DNA from: an uncultured Acidobacteriota bacterium
Lineage (GTDB): Bacteria > Acidobacteriota > Thermoanaerobaculia > UBA5066 > DATFVB01
Assembly: GCA_963813155.1 (NCBI GenBank)
Contig: CAWEYG010000003.1
Span: 480,001 to 544,000 of the forward strand
Length of the DNA stretch: 64,000 nt
Direction: 5' to 3'
A program made the translations under genes and the position numbers. Positions within the stretch are counted from its first letter, which is position 1. Every line of letters begins with the position of its first letter. The notes beneath the pieces were generated by a model. It worked only from the letters and a program-made list of their open reading frames with translations, was not told the origin of the DNA and did no database searches. Positions 8,095 through 19,023 of this stretch are shown here, one piece after another.

Positions 8095-8847
8095 TCAGAA
8101 TCGGGTCAGGCGGATTCCGCGCGCCCGCAGCGACGCCTCGAGGTAGACGAGAAGAAGCGCGGTTCCGGCGATCGCCGCGATTTTCCACCCCGTCGCCCAC
8201 CGGACGAACGGAGACCCCTCGCGCCACTTTCCGTAATGGAGCAGGACGTTCTCGACGATGAAATAGGCCACGAGCGCCCCCGCGACGATCAGAAGGATCG
8301 TTTCCGACCGCTCGGCCCAGTGAAGGACGTCGCCGAGACGTCCGCCGAAGCGATATCCCAGAAAGACCCACACGATCGCGTTCGCGCCGGCCGCGATCGA
8401 GTCGGCCAGGAGAAACCTCCAGAGCGGCATTTTCGTGGCTCCGGACGTGAAGAAGAGCACGGGCCGCAGCCCGTACACGTAGCGCCCCGCGACGATCGCG
8501 CGGAACTGGTACCGCCCGAAGCTCTTCTTGACCCGCTCGATTCTTTTCGGCGGAAAGATCTTCCCCAGCCAGGGACGCTTCTTCAGGTCGCCGCCGAAGA
8601 ACCGCCCGATTCCGTACAGGGCCGTGTCGCCGAGGACCGCCGCGACGTAAGCGGACGCGACGATCGGCCAGAATCGCGCGAGGCCCTGGTACACGACGTA
8701 ACCGGCCAGCAGAAGGATCGTCTCTTCGGGAGGGCTCGGCCCGAACGCCCCGACGAAGAGCAGAACGAAAACCCCGACGACCGTCTCCTTCTCGAGGTAA
8801 TGCTCGACGGCCGCGATCGCATGCGTCGTCACCCAGAGATGACTCAA
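8095..8847 (-). CDS. DedA family membrane protein (start uncertain)
   Basis: 'PPEETILLLAG', 'GDTALYGIGR', 'GRYVYGLR'. Confidence 0.88.
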   Translation of the reverse strand: MSHLWVTTHAIAAVEHYLEKETVVGVFVLLFVGAFGPSPPEETILLLAGYVVYQGLARFWPIVASAYVAAVLGDTALYGIGRFFGGDLKKRPWLGKIFPPKRIERVKKSFGRYQFRAIVAGRYVYGLRPVLFFTSGATKMPLWRFLLADSIAAGANAIVWVFLGYRFGGRLGDVLHWAERSETILLIVAGALVAYFIVENVLLHYGKWREGSPFVRWATGWKIAAIAGTALLLVYLEASLRARGIRLTRF

Positions 8848-8863
8848 ATTCCCGGACAATAGC

Positions 8864-8888
8864 AAAATGCCCGCCGAGGCGGGCATTT
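8864..8888 (-). terminator. Terminator after trxA
   Basis: Minus strand AAATGCCCGCC-TC-GGCGGGCATTTT. Confidence 0.6.
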
Positions 8889-8915
8889 CCGGAAAAGTGC
8901 GAGGGACGGCGGTTC

Positions 8916-9242
8916 TTAGAGGTTCCGCTCGATGAACTGCTGGAACTGGCCCTTCGGCATCGCTCCCATTGTGCGATCGGCCGCCTGCCCGTTCTTGAAG
9001 AGGATGAACGTGGGGATCGACGTCACCATGAATTTCTGGGCGACTGCGGGCGAGTCGTCGACGTTCATCTTCGCGACCTTGAGCTTTCCCTGGTACTGGC
9101 TTGCGAGCTCCTCGACAATCGGCGCGACGGCGCGGCACGGACCGCACCAGGGCGCCCAGAAATCGACGAACACGGGGGTCTCGCTCTTCACGACGTCGTT
9201 CTCGAAGGAATCGTCGGAGATTTCGTGGACATTTTCGGACAT
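8916..9242 (-). CDS. trxA: Thioredoxin
   Basis: DFWAPWCGPC, SIPT. Confidence 0.96.
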   Translation of the reverse strand: MSENVHEISDDSFENDVVKSETPVFVDFWAPWCGPCRAVAPIVEELASQYQGKLKVAKMNVDDSPAVAQKFMVTSIPTFILFKNGQAADRTMGAMPKGQFQQFIERNL

Positions 9243-9348
9243 TCGGGTATCTCTCCTTTAGCTCGCGTGGCACGCACGCTTCGTTCGGGACATTGAGAAC
9301 ACCATTATCGCTCGAAATCTTCCCGGCGCCAAACGGCGCTGCGGCGCC

Positions 9349-10110
9349 TCAGCGAGAGGAGGCTTCGTTGAGAGTCCAGTCGTAGTCCAGGTATTCGATC
9401 CGAAAACCTCCCCTCGCGAGCCACTCCCGATAACGGAAAGGCGCGGAAGCGGAAAGGACCTTCGCGACGCCGGGATTCTCGAAGTCGGCCCGGTACCAGT
9501 CGAAATACATCGGAAGCTTCGCGAGGTTCTTCTCCGGCTCAAAGCGATAGAGGTCCGGGCGCGACATCCAGGCACGCAGGCGATCGTCCTCGCGCGCAGA
9601 GAGTCCTTCGGCCGCGTACGCCCGACGGTCGAGGGGCGGGCACGATTTCGAAGCGCACACGAGTATCGCGTGAATACGGTAGCCTCCCAGCGCCACCGCC
9701 GTGTGCTCGATCTCGTCCAGTGAGTATTTCTCGCCGCCGATCCCGTGCGATTCCGCCGTGAACGCGCCGGGGATCGACCGGATCCCCGCGACCGGATAGT
9801 GCTCCAGGATCGTCCGGACGATGAACGCGTTGTATGCGTTGGCGAGCAGGGCGATTTTCTCGTCGGCCGAAGGATTGCCGCCCGGGGCGTCGAATTTCGC
9901 GAGATAGGCGTCCAGGGCCCTCGAGTCGGCGGCGTTTTGCTTCCAGCTTGCATAGGAGACGAGACCCCGCTCGTCGACGTGCCTTTCCAGGAGGCGGGTC
10001 CAGGCGGAAGAGTCGAACGGCGCGGGAAACGACCTGACGGGCTTTTCCGCGGACGAGAGAGGCACCGTAAATGCGAGGACCAGGGCCAACGCGGCCGCTC
10101 GCGCGATCAA
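9349..10110 (-). CDS. DUF547 domain-containing secreted protein
   Basis: Signal peptide, 'W.RLL.RHV..G.V.Y', 'NAYNA', 'SLDEIEH', 'RIH..LVCASKSCPPL', 'YLDYDWTLN'; TTGA overlap with the greA stop. Confidence 0.9.
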   Translation of the reverse strand: MIARAAALALVLAFTVPLSSAEKPVRSFPAPFDSSAWTRLLERHVDERGLVSYASWKQNAADSRALDAYLAKFDAPGGNPSADEKIALLANAYNAFIVRTILEHYPVAGIRSIPGAFTAESHGIGGEKYSLDEIEHTAVALGGYRIHAILVCASKSCPPLDRRAYAAEGLSAREDDRLRAWMSRPDLYRFEPEKNLAKLPMYFDWYRADFENPGVAKVLSASAPFRYREWLARGGFRIEYLDYDWTLNEASSR

Positions 10111-12116
10111 TCCTTCCACGGCCGGATGTCGGCGATCTCCCACGCCCGCCCGTCGATCTCGACGGACTCCCCCGGTCTCTTGCCGATGAGTTTCTGCGCG
10201 AATTCCGACTGGTACGAGTAGACAGCCGCCTCGGGGTTCGAATCCCAGGGCCCGAGAATCGTCGCAAGCTTCGTTTCGCCATTCGAGAGAAGCTTCAGAC
10301 GGGTACCCACGCGCACGGCGGACGCATCCACCTTCGCGAGCTCGAGAGGCCGCGCGCGCGCCATTTCCTGTTGCAGCGCCGCCGCCCGGGAAGAGAGAAA
10401 TTCCTGCCGGGCCCGAGCCGCGTGGTACTCGAAATTCTCGCTCAGGTCGCCCATCGCGGCGGCCTCCTGGATCGCGCGCCCGTTCTTCGGGATTTCCACC
10501 GACAACAATTGCTCGAGCTCGGCGCGCCGCTGCGCGAGAGACTCGGGCGTCACATACAGGGGCTCGACCTTCGGGCCTCGCAGATCCGGAAACCTCCGAT
10601 GAAGCGCCTGCTTGAAATCCTCGCGACGGAAGTCTTCCAAACCGGGAGCCCGCTCGATCGCCGTCAGAATTCGCCTCGCCTCCTCCTCGTCCGGGATCTT
10701 CGCGACCAGTTCGAGAGCGAGGCCTCCCCGGTCGAACAGGGCTTTCACCTTCGCACGGTAGGGAGCGAACTCCGTCGCCCGAAGAGCCTCCGGAAGGGCC
10801 GAAACGAGGGCCTGCGCGTCCCAGAGCTCGCCTGCACCTTCGATCTCGGAGCGCTTTTCGGCGAGCCAGAGATACGCCCGGGGAGCCGTTTTCGGAGCGC
10901 GGACGATCCGCTCGAGGAGCCGCCGCCTCTCCGCCGGCGCCCGTTCCCGAAGGGCGTTGTCGAGAAAGGCGAGGACCCGCGAATCCTCTTCCTGACAGAA
11001 GAGGATCGAAAAAATCTCCGGCACGTCGCCGGGATCGCGTTCCTGGATGAGCCGGTAGGAGCGCATTCGAAGTCCGGGGTCCGGCAGCTCCCTCGCCCGC
11101 TCCACGCCCTTCGCCCCGGCGAGGAGCTCGGCGACGGACATCGGCGACGCGACGCCCGGACGGTTCTCTTCGAGAAAGAACGCGATCTCGAGCGAAGGGC
11201 TCTTTCCCCCGAGCCGGCCGAGCTCGCCGGAGAGCTGCTCGGAAAAGTGCTCCGAAAGCTCGGCTCGCCGCGAATGCTGGCGGGCGATCGCGAGCTTGCG
11301 GACCGCGTCCGCGCGGTCGAACTCCTCCCGGACGGAGTCGGTCGCCGCCTGCGTCGAGCCGGTCCACGAGTACAGGGCATTCTTGCCGGCTCCGGAAAGC
11401 ACGAGCTGCGGGTGCTTGCGCGACGCGTTCCAGAAAGACGTCCACTTTTCCGGCGCGACGACGCCCGTGAAAGCCTCTTTGATCTCGACGGCGGTGAGCG
11501 GGCGCCCCACGCTCTGCAGGAGATGTCGGACCGTCTCGGCAGGATCGGCCGAGGCGCGCGCCGCGAGACCGGCTCGGTCTTCGTACCGCTCGCGGCGGAA
11601 GTCGCCCTTCGGAAGCGGGATCAGGTTCTTCGCGGCCGCGCCCGGAGGAAGAGACAGCTTTTCTCCGCGTTCGAACTCGAACCGAACCGAATCGATCGCC
11701 GGGTTGAGGTCCACGACGCGCCCGGCGCCGTGCCCGGCGAAATAGAAGACGTCGCCCGGAGAGAAGGCCAGCCAGCGGCGGAGCTTCTCCGCGGCTTCCA
11801 CCACGGAGACCTTCGGCTTCAGGTAATGCGCGAGCAGGGCTTCCAGCGAGGGGTGCTTCGGGTACGCCTCCCGGAACGCCTCGGCCATTTCCTCGGCCGT
11901 TGCCGCCCGGGGCGGAAACGCGCGCGCAATCTCCAGGAGCGTTTCGAGCCTCGCCCCCGGAAGCCCCTTCTCGCGCTGCACTTCCGCGAGGCGCGCGAGC
12001 AGGGTCCTCGGTTTTTCCTTCTCTCCCCGCTTCTTGAGCTCGCGCGTGAATTCGAAGAGCGGGCCGACGTCCTCCGGCGAGCCTTCCATGGACTCCAGGA
12101 ACTCGTCTTCGGTCAT
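10107..12116 (-). CDS. greA: GreA/GreB family elongation factor with a large N-terminal extension
   Basis: C-terminal 'GDLSENFEYHAAR', 'TILGPWDS', 'YSY.S..A..LIGK.PG'. Confidence 0.88.
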   Translation of the reverse strand: MTEDEFLESMEGSPEDVGPLFEFTRELKKRGEKEKPRTLLARLAEVQREKGLPGARLETLLEIARAFPPRAATAEEMAEAFREAYPKHPSLEALLAHYLKPKVSVVEAAEKLRRWLAFSPGDVFYFAGHGAGRVVDLNPAIDSVRFEFERGEKLSLPPGAAAKNLIPLPKGDFRRERYEDRAGLAARASADPAETVRHLLQSVGRPLTAVEIKEAFTGVVAPEKWTSFWNASRKHPQLVLSGAGKNALYSWTGSTQAATDSVREEFDRADAVRKLAIARQHSRRAELSEHFSEQLSGELGRLGGKSPSLEIAFFLEENRPGVASPMSVAELLAGAKGVERARELPDPGLRMRSYRLIQERDPGDVPEIFSILFCQEEDSRVLAFLDNALRERAPAERRRLLERIVRAPKTAPRAYLWLAEKRSEIEGAGELWDAQALVSALPEALRATEFAPYRAKVKALFDRGGLALELVAKIPDEEEARRILTAIERAPGLEDFRREDFKQALHRRFPDLRGPKVEPLYVTPESLAQRRAELEQLLSVEIPKNGRAIQEAAAMGDLSENFEYHAARARQEFLSSRAAALQQEMARARPLELAKVDASAVRVGTRLKLLSNGETKLATILGPWDSNPEAAVYSYQSEFAQKLIGKRPGESVEIDGRAWEIADIRPWKD

Positions 12117-12191
12117 CCTTGGGCGCACCCCGTCTGCATCCGGTGATCATATCCCGCGAACTCGAATCGCGACATCGGCTAGGCTCTCCTC

Positions 12192-13073
12192 ATGACCGGC
12201 TCACGGGCGACGGCCCGACAGAGGCTCGCGGTGGCCCTCGGCATCTCGGCGACGATCGTCATCGCCGAGGTGACCGGCGGAATCGTGTCGAACAGTCTCG
12301 CTCTCCTCGCCGACGCCGGCCACGCTCTCACCGATTTCGCGGCGCTGCTCCTCTCCTACATCGCCGTGCGGTTCGCGGAACGGTCCGCCTCGCCGCGCCA
12401 CACCTTCGGGCTGTACCGGGCGGAGATCCTCGCCGCTTTCATCAACGCCCAGGTTCTCCTGCTCGCCTGCGGAGCGATTCTGTACGAGTCGTATCGCCGG
12501 ATCGCCCATCCCGCCGACGTCGCCCCGCTTCCGATGCTGCTGTTCGGCGTCTTCGCCCTCGTCGCGAACGGAATCTCGCTGCGGTTCCTCCATTCCCACC
12601 GCGAAGCCAGCCTGAACCTGAAGGGCGCGTATCTCGAAGTTGCCTCCGACACACTCGCCTCGGCGGCCGTCATCGCCGCGGCCGCCGTCATCGCGAAGAC
12701 CGGCCTCCGGTGGGTCGATCCGGCGCTTTCCGCGGCGATCGCCCTGTTCATCCTCCCCCGGACACTCTCGCTGCTGCGCCATTCCGCCCACATCCTGCTC
12801 GAAGGCGCCCCTTCCGACATCGACCAGGCGGATCTCCGCGGGCTGCTGTGCCGGCTTCCCGGCGTGCTCTCGATTCACGACCTCCACCTCTGGACACTGA
12901 CGTCGGGAGTCCATTACGCGAGCCTCCACGTAGCGATCACCCCGGATGCCGACGCCCCGGAGGTCCTTCTCCGCGTGCAGGACTGCCTTCGCCGGGAGAA
13001 GGGCATCGACCACGCTACGATCCAGATCGAAGTCTGCGAGACGTCGGAGTGCGACCCCGCTCCGACACACTGA
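12192..13073 (+). CDS. Cation diffusion facilitator (CzcD/ZitB-like)
   Basis: SLALLADAGHALTD, TFG..RAEILAAF, HDLHLWTLT, HATIQIE. Confidence 0.93.
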   Translation: MTGSRATARQRLAVALGISATIVIAEVTGGIVSNSLALLADAGHALTDFAALLLSYIAVRFAERSASPRHTFGLYRAEILAAFINAQVLLLACGAILYESYRRIAHPADVAPLPMLLFGVFALVANGISLRFLHSHREASLNLKGAYLEVASDTLASAAVIAAAAVIAKTGLRWVDPALSAAIALFILPRTLSLLRHSAHILLEGAPSDIDQADLRGLLCRLPGVLSIHDLHLWTLTSGVHYASLHVAITPDADAPEVLLRVQDCLRREKGIDHATIQIEVCETSECDPAPTH

Positions 13074-13090
13074 TTCTCAACCCCTCCGAT

Positions 13091-13117
13091 AAATCCGAAG
13101 TCGCGCCGGGTACGAGT
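13091..13117 (+). promoter_or_regulatory. Candidate SigK/ECF18-19-type promoter for the DUF4331 operon
   Basis: AAATCC-N16-CGAGT, about 50 nt upstream of the DUF4331 ATG; SigK/RskA-like pair in the same cluster. Confidence 0.35.
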
Positions 13118-13166
13118 GCAAGGCAGAAGAGTTTCCCTTTTGCTCAATACTCGGAAGGAGGACCCT

Positions 13167-14685
13167 ATGGTGACAAGTTGGAAGAGGCCCGGGGCAGCCG
13201 TTCTCGGGCTGGTCGCCGCGCTGGGCGTGTGCCTGGCGGCCGGCCGGGCCGGGGCGTCGAGCCACAGTGAAGCGCCCCTGATCTCCCTCGACCCGGCGGT
13301 CGACAACTGCGACGTCTACTTTTTCCTGGACCCGAACCGTCCCGGCATGGCGGTGATGCTCGCGACGTTCAACGGCCTGTCGAACCCTGCGTCCGGGCCG
13401 AACTACAAGAGTTTCGCCGAGAACGCCCGCTACGACCTGAAGATCGACAACGACGGCGACGGCGCTCACGACATCACGTACCGATTCCTGTTCACGAACC
13501 ACCGTCGCAGCGACGAGACCTTCCTCTACAACACCGGCCCGATCGCCAGCGTGAGCGACCCGAACCTGAACGTCTATCAGACCTTCGTCGTTCAGAAAAT
13601 CGTCGGCTCGCCGGGCAACCCCTCTCCCTCTCAGATCACGGTCGTCGGAGGCGGAGACGCGTCTCAACCCTTCTACACGGTTCCCTGGAACATCGGCCCG
13701 AAGTCGTACCCGAACAACGCGTACCACTCGATCACGGACGGCATCTATTCGACCACGGATGGCGGCACGGTGGCGTGCGGCCCCCGCGCCGATCCTTTCT
13801 TCGTCGATCTCCAGACGATTTTCGACCTCATCAACCTCGCGGGACCCACGAGCCGGCCCGGGATCGGCGTTGGAAACACGGGAGGCGGCAAGAACACGCT
13901 CAACGGGTTCAACGTGATGGCGATCATGCTCGAAGTCCCCGTTTCCGACATCACGAAGAACCACGACACTCCGACCGACGCCACGAATCCGGACGCGATC
14001 GTCGGGTCTCTGGTCGACGACGAGCCGTCCCGCGACCCGAGTCCTCAACGGGGATGGAACGACGACCGAGTCGGGCAACTACGTGCAGGTTTCGCGCCTG
14101 GGAGCGCCGCTCATCAACGAGGTCCTCATCGCGCTCGGCGACAAGGACCTCTGGAACGCCACCGCGCCGAAGGACGACCACGCCTTCGTCGACGAGTACT
14201 ACCGCCATTCCGAGGTCGCCGGGCTGCTCAAGGCGCTCTTCGGAATCGAATCCCCCGCGGAACCCCGCGAAGACATCGTGGAGGCCCTCGCGACGGGAAT
14301 CCCGGGCCTGAACCATCGCCCCGGCGAGGTCGAAGCCGACGAGCTGCGTCTCAACGTCGCCATTCCTCCGGTCCACATCGCCGACGCGAACTCGCTCGGC
14401 GTGATTGCAGGAACAACGCGGGCTTCCCGAACGGCAGGCGCACGTGCGACGACGTCGTTGACATCGAGCTCCGGGTCATCGCCGGCGGCACGGTCCTCAC
14501 GCCGGACTTCGACCACGCTCCGAACAACGAGCTCGGCGATGAGGTGGACGCGCCCGACTCCGCATGCTCGACCTCGTTCCCGTTCATGATCACTCCCTAC
14601 CAGGGTTTCGCCGACCCGCACGCCAGGAGCGCCCGCCCCGTCCACTCCGCGGGAGCGCTCGCCCCGGCGAAACTCCTCGAACTGA
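13167..14685 (+). CDS. DUF4331 domain-containing secreted protein (frameshifted near 14.0, 14.4 and 14.6 kb)
   Basis: Signal peptide, 'SSHSEAP', 'DPAVDNCDVY.F', 'GPRADPFFVDL', 'QVSRLGAPLINEV', 'AGFPNGRR..DDVVDIEL'. Confidence 0.88.
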
Positions 14686-14692
14686 CCGGCCG

Positions 14693-15963
14693 ATGGATTT
14701 CCTCGTCTCTCTTCTGGTTCTCGCCGCCGTGCCCGCGGGCACGGCGGCGCCCTCTTCCCCTTCGGCGGCGGACGCGGCCCGCGAGGCGTTTGCAGGCCCG
14801 GATCTCGTCCGCGAAGGACTCCTGCCGCCGCCGCCCGGACTCCCGCCGCGCTCGACGACTCGCGGGCGCCCTCCCGCGACACGCCTCACCCATGCCGCGG
14901 AAACGGTCGCAGTGGCACAGGAAGCGATCGAGAGGGCCCTCACTCTCGATCCCCGCGACTTCGACGCGCGCCGCATGGAGGCCTCGGTGCGGCTCACGAA
15001 TCACGAGTTCGCGCGGGTCGAACGCGACTGCCTCTCTCTCCTCGCGGAACGCCCGCGAGACGTCGACGTCCTCGGAATGCTGGCCGACTCCCGCATGGAA
15101 GCGGGCCGCTATCCCGAAGCCGTCGAGACGATGCCAGCGCATGGTCGACATCCGCCCGGGACTTCCGGCGTACAGCCGCGTTTCCTACGCCCGCGAAATC
15201 CACGGCGAACTGGACAGGCGCGCTGACGGCCATGGACATGGCGATCGCGGCCGGTGACGCGTCCGATCCGGAGTCGCTCGCCTGGTGCCTCTCCCGGTCG
15301 GGTCTCCTCGCGTGGAAGCTGGGGAGAATCGAAGAAGCCGGCCGGCGCGACCTCGAGGCGCTCGCCCTCTTTCCGGAGTGTTCCTACGCCCACGAAGGGC
15401 TCGGCCGCCTCGCGGCCGCCCGGGGAGACCTCGCCGAAGCGGCGCGCCGGTTCGAGAAGGCGTTCTCGCTCGTTCCGTGGCCGCAGTACGCGGTCGCGCG
15501 CTACGAGGTTGCAATCCGACAGAACGACGCTCGCGGCGCCGCGCGGTGGCGGGGTCTCGTGGAGGCCCTCGAGAAGCTCTCCACTTCCGCCGGTCTCTTC
15601 AACCGCGTGCTCGCCGGCTTCGAGGCCGACTACGGCGACGCCGAACTCTCAGTGCGGATGACCGCCGCCGAGTTGGCCGGCCGAAAGGACGTCTACGGCT
15701 GGGAAGCCTACGCCTGGGCGCTTCATCGCGCCGGACGAAGCGCGGACGCTGCCGAAGCGGAGTCTCGCGCGGTCGCGCTCGGAACGCAGGATCCGATCCT
15801 GGATCTCCATGCCGCCGAGGTCTTCGCCGCGGCCGGCGATCCCGCCCGAGCCCTGCGTCACGCGCAACGGGCGAACGAAGAGAATCCCGAACCTCTGATC
15901 TGCCGGGAGGGCGCTCCCGCAAAGCTGATCGCGCGGCTCTCCGCGGCGAAGGCGGGCGCGTGA
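14693..15963 (+). CDS. Secreted tetratricopeptide repeat protein (frameshifted)
   Basis: MDFLVSLLVLAAV signal; helical repeats; 'MVDIRPGLPAYSRVSYAREIHG', 'AYAWALHRAG', typical of DUF4331-linked TPRs. Confidence 0.8.
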
Positions 15964-17751
15964 GAAGCGTTCGAGCGCTTCTGGCGGCCTCCGTTCTCGG
16001 CCTCGCGGTTCCGGCCGTCTCCGGCCATCCGATGGGGAATTTCAGCGTGAACCGCTACGCGCGTCTGGAGCCGTCCGATCGCGGCGTCACTCTGCTTTAC
16101 CTGGTGGATTTCGCGGAAATTCCCTCCTTCCAGGAACTTTCGAAGTTCCCCGACCTCGCGGCAAATCTCGACCCCGCGTCGCTGAACCAGGCGCCACGCG
16201 GATCGCCCTGGCGAAGGACCTCGAGTCCGCCTGGCTGCCGGACTGACGCTCTCCAGGGACGCCGGACCGATCCGGTTCCATCGCGAAGGAAGCGTCGATT
16301 CGATTCTCGGCGGGAGCAGGCGGCCTTCCGACGATGAAGCTCGAGATCGAGGGGTCGGCGGCGTGGCCCAAGGATTTCGAAGTGAAGACCCTTCGCTATG
16401 CCGACGAGAACGCCCCGGACCGGCTCGGCTGGCGCGAAGTCGTGGTGCGTCCGGCGAGGGAGTGGTCGTCTCGGGCGACTTCACGACGATCGACCGAAGC
16501 CGCGAGCTGACCGACTACCCCGCGGACCCCACGGCGGACATTCCGCAGATCGTGACAACGACCATTGGCGTCTCCTTCGCGGTAGCCCGAGCCGAGTCCG
16601 CTCGCGACACCTTCTCGTCACGGCCGCGAAACTCGCGGCGGTTTGGATGGCCTCGCTCGATCCGCGGTTCCGCGACTCCGGCTCGGCCATATCAGGATCG
16701 CTCAGACGACGACGGCCGTGCGCCTCGAAGGATCGCTAGCGGACCCGGCTTCGGGCCGTCGAGCTTCGCTCGGTCCCTGGCCGCCGTTACCGCTTCCACG
16801 CCTTCTCAGCGGAGGCATGGGCGCGTCGCCAGTCGAGCGAAGCCGGCCGAGCGGCGCGGGCTGACGGCCGCCGCGCGGGCTGGTCTTGCGCGAGATCCCG
16901 AGGGAAAGCGAATCTGCGGCCGATGAGCGCGCGCAGAACGAGTACTTGCCGAGCGAAGCAGGGCGCGGGGCAGCAGTGTCCTCGAGCTCGGGATTGGCCG
17001 AGCGAACGTCATTCCCGGGCCGGAGACCGCTTCGCCGATCTCGTCGCGCGCAGGCAACTGACGCCAGGGGATCGTTCTACTCTCGCTCGTGATCGCGGCC
17101 AGTCTCGGGGGCCTGCACGCGCTCTCGCCCGGTCACGGCAAAACGATCGTCGCGGCCTATCTCGTCGGATCGCGAGGCACGGCGAAGCACGCTCTCCTCC
17201 TCGGCCTCGTCGTCACGGCTTCCCACACGATCGGTGTCTTCCTTCTCGGCATCGTCACCCTCGCGCTGTCGAAGGCCGTCGTGCCGGAGAAGCTCTACCC
17301 CGCGATCCAGTTCCTGTCCGGCGTCACGATCGTCGTCATTGGCGTGGCCCTGTTCGTTCGGCGGCTCGCGCGCCGCGGCCCTGAATCGCACGGCCACTCG
17401 CACGCCGTCGAGGTGCCCCGCGAGGCTCCCACAGCGTCCGCGCTGCTCGCCCTCGGGGTGTCGGGAGGAATCCTGCCGTGCCCTTCCGCGCTCGTCGTGC
17501 TCCTTTCGGCGATCGCGCTCCACCGAACCGGGTTCGGGCTCGTGCTCATCGTCTCGTTCTCGGCGGGTCTCGCCGCCGTCCTGTCCGCGATCGGCATCCT
17601 CGTCGTCCGTGCGGGAAGGCTCCTCGGAAAATTCGAATCCGCGGGCGTGTGGGCCCGAAGGCTGCCCGCGTTTTCCGCTCTGCTCATCGGCGCGCTGGGC
17701 CTCGCGATCGCCGCGCGCGCTTTCACGGATATCCAGAAGGCCTTCTTTTGA
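15960..17751 (+). CDS. RcnA/NiCoT-like nickel/cobalt transporter with N-terminal periplasmic domain (frameshifted, possible internal insertion)
   Basis: 'HPMGNFSVNRY', 'GGLHALSPGHGKT..AAYL.G', 'SHT.GV', 'G.SGGILPCPSAL'. Confidence 0.85.
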
Positions 17752-17767
17752 CGGCGGGAGGACGATC

Positions 17768-18473
17768 ATGAACGGATCTCTGCTGGGAACGCTCGCCCTG
17801 GGATTCGTGCTCGGGCTGAAGCACGCTCTCGACGCCGACCATCTCGTGGCCGTTTCCACGATCGTCGGCCGCGAAAAATCCGTCTGGAAGTCGTCGATCG
17901 TCGGGGCGGTCTGGGGCATGGGGCACACGGCTGTCGCTCTTCGTCGCCGCGGTGGGCGTGATCCTCTTGAAGCTGACGATTTCGGCGCGCGCATCCCTGA
18001 CTCTCGAGTTCGGCGTGGGACTCATGCTGATTCTCCTGGGGCTCGATCTTTTGCGCCGCGTCCTGAAGGGAGAGATCTCGATCCACTCCCACACCCACGA
18101 CGGCGAGGAGCGCGAGCACCTTCATCTCCACGCGGGAATCCCGGATCTCCACCGTTCTCACCACGCCGTCGGCAAACGCCCGTTCTTCGTCGGCCTCGTG
18201 CACGGCCTCGCGGGAAGCGCCGCCCTCATGCTCTTCGTTCTGACGACGATCACGAACCCCTGGATCGGCCTCGTCTACGTGCTCATCTTCGGCGCGGGAA
18301 CGATCGGCGGAATGCTCGTGATGTCCGCTGTCATCGGCCTTCCCTTCGCTCTCGCCAACAGGGTGTTCGCCGGCCTCGTCGGAAAGATCCAGTTCGCCGC
18401 GGGACTCGGTTCGCTCGGCTTCGGAATCTTCTACGCCTGGCGGATCGCGGTTCAATTGAAGATCGGTTCCTGA
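17768..18473 (+). CDS. UreH/HupN-like nickel transporter (one frameshift near 17940)
   Basis: 'GLKHALDADHLVAV', 'WGMGHT', His-rich loop, 'GLVHGLAGSA'. Confidence 0.88.
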
Positions 18474-18486
18474 AAGGAGGATCCCC

Positions 18487-18664
18487 ATGCTGCATCCCCG
18501 GTTTCGGCCCCTCGTACTCGCCCTGGTGTTTTTCGCCTCTCTCGCGCCGTTCGCGGCGTCCGGCAGCGGCGGCGCCCGCGGCCTCGGAAGGCCCGAGCCT
18601 CTACAAGCGGCTCGGCGGCTACGACGCCATCGCGGCGGTGACCGACGACTTCCTCGGCCGGCTG
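18487..18664 (+). pseudogene. N-terminal remnant of a secreted group 1 truncated hemoglobin
   Basis: Signal peptide, then after a frameshift SLYKRLGGYDAIAAVTDDFLGRL; similarity stops abruptly at about 18664. Confidence 0.7.
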
Positions 18665-19002
18665 CGGGGGTTTCCGGGGTCCGATCCGCGACGACTCGCT
18701 GGTCGCCGACGCCGCTTCCCGGCATCGAGGAGAAGTTCCTGGCGCACGACGACGCACGCGGCGTGACGACCCGCCTCCTGCGCTTCGCTCCCGGCACGCG
18801 CTACCCGAAACACCGGCACGCCGGCACCGAAGAGATCTTCGTCCTGGAGGGCTCCCTGACGATCAACGGACTGCTCCTCTCGGCCGGCGACTACTGCCGC
18901 TCGGAAACGGGCACGGAAGAGGAAGACACGTTCTCGGAAACCGGCGGCATGGCGATCGTGATTTCCTCCGATCGCGACGAGATTCGGGCCGCCGCCCCCT
19001 GA
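18665..19002 (+). CDS. ChrR-like cupin domain, 5' end missing or fused
   Basis: 'W.PTPLPGI..K.L', 'LLRFAPG..YP.HRH.G.EEIFVLEG', 'AGDYCRS'. Confidence 0.75.
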
Positions 19003-19023
19003 CCCGCGGCCGACGGACGAAGC

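Noticed and set aside
9349-12150. 933-aa ORF as a single protein
   Set aside because: Only the last 253 aa (DUF547) are protein-like; the rest is an alternate frame of greA. The same applies to the extended ORF calls for rimO, asnS, adk, map, infA and the XRE.
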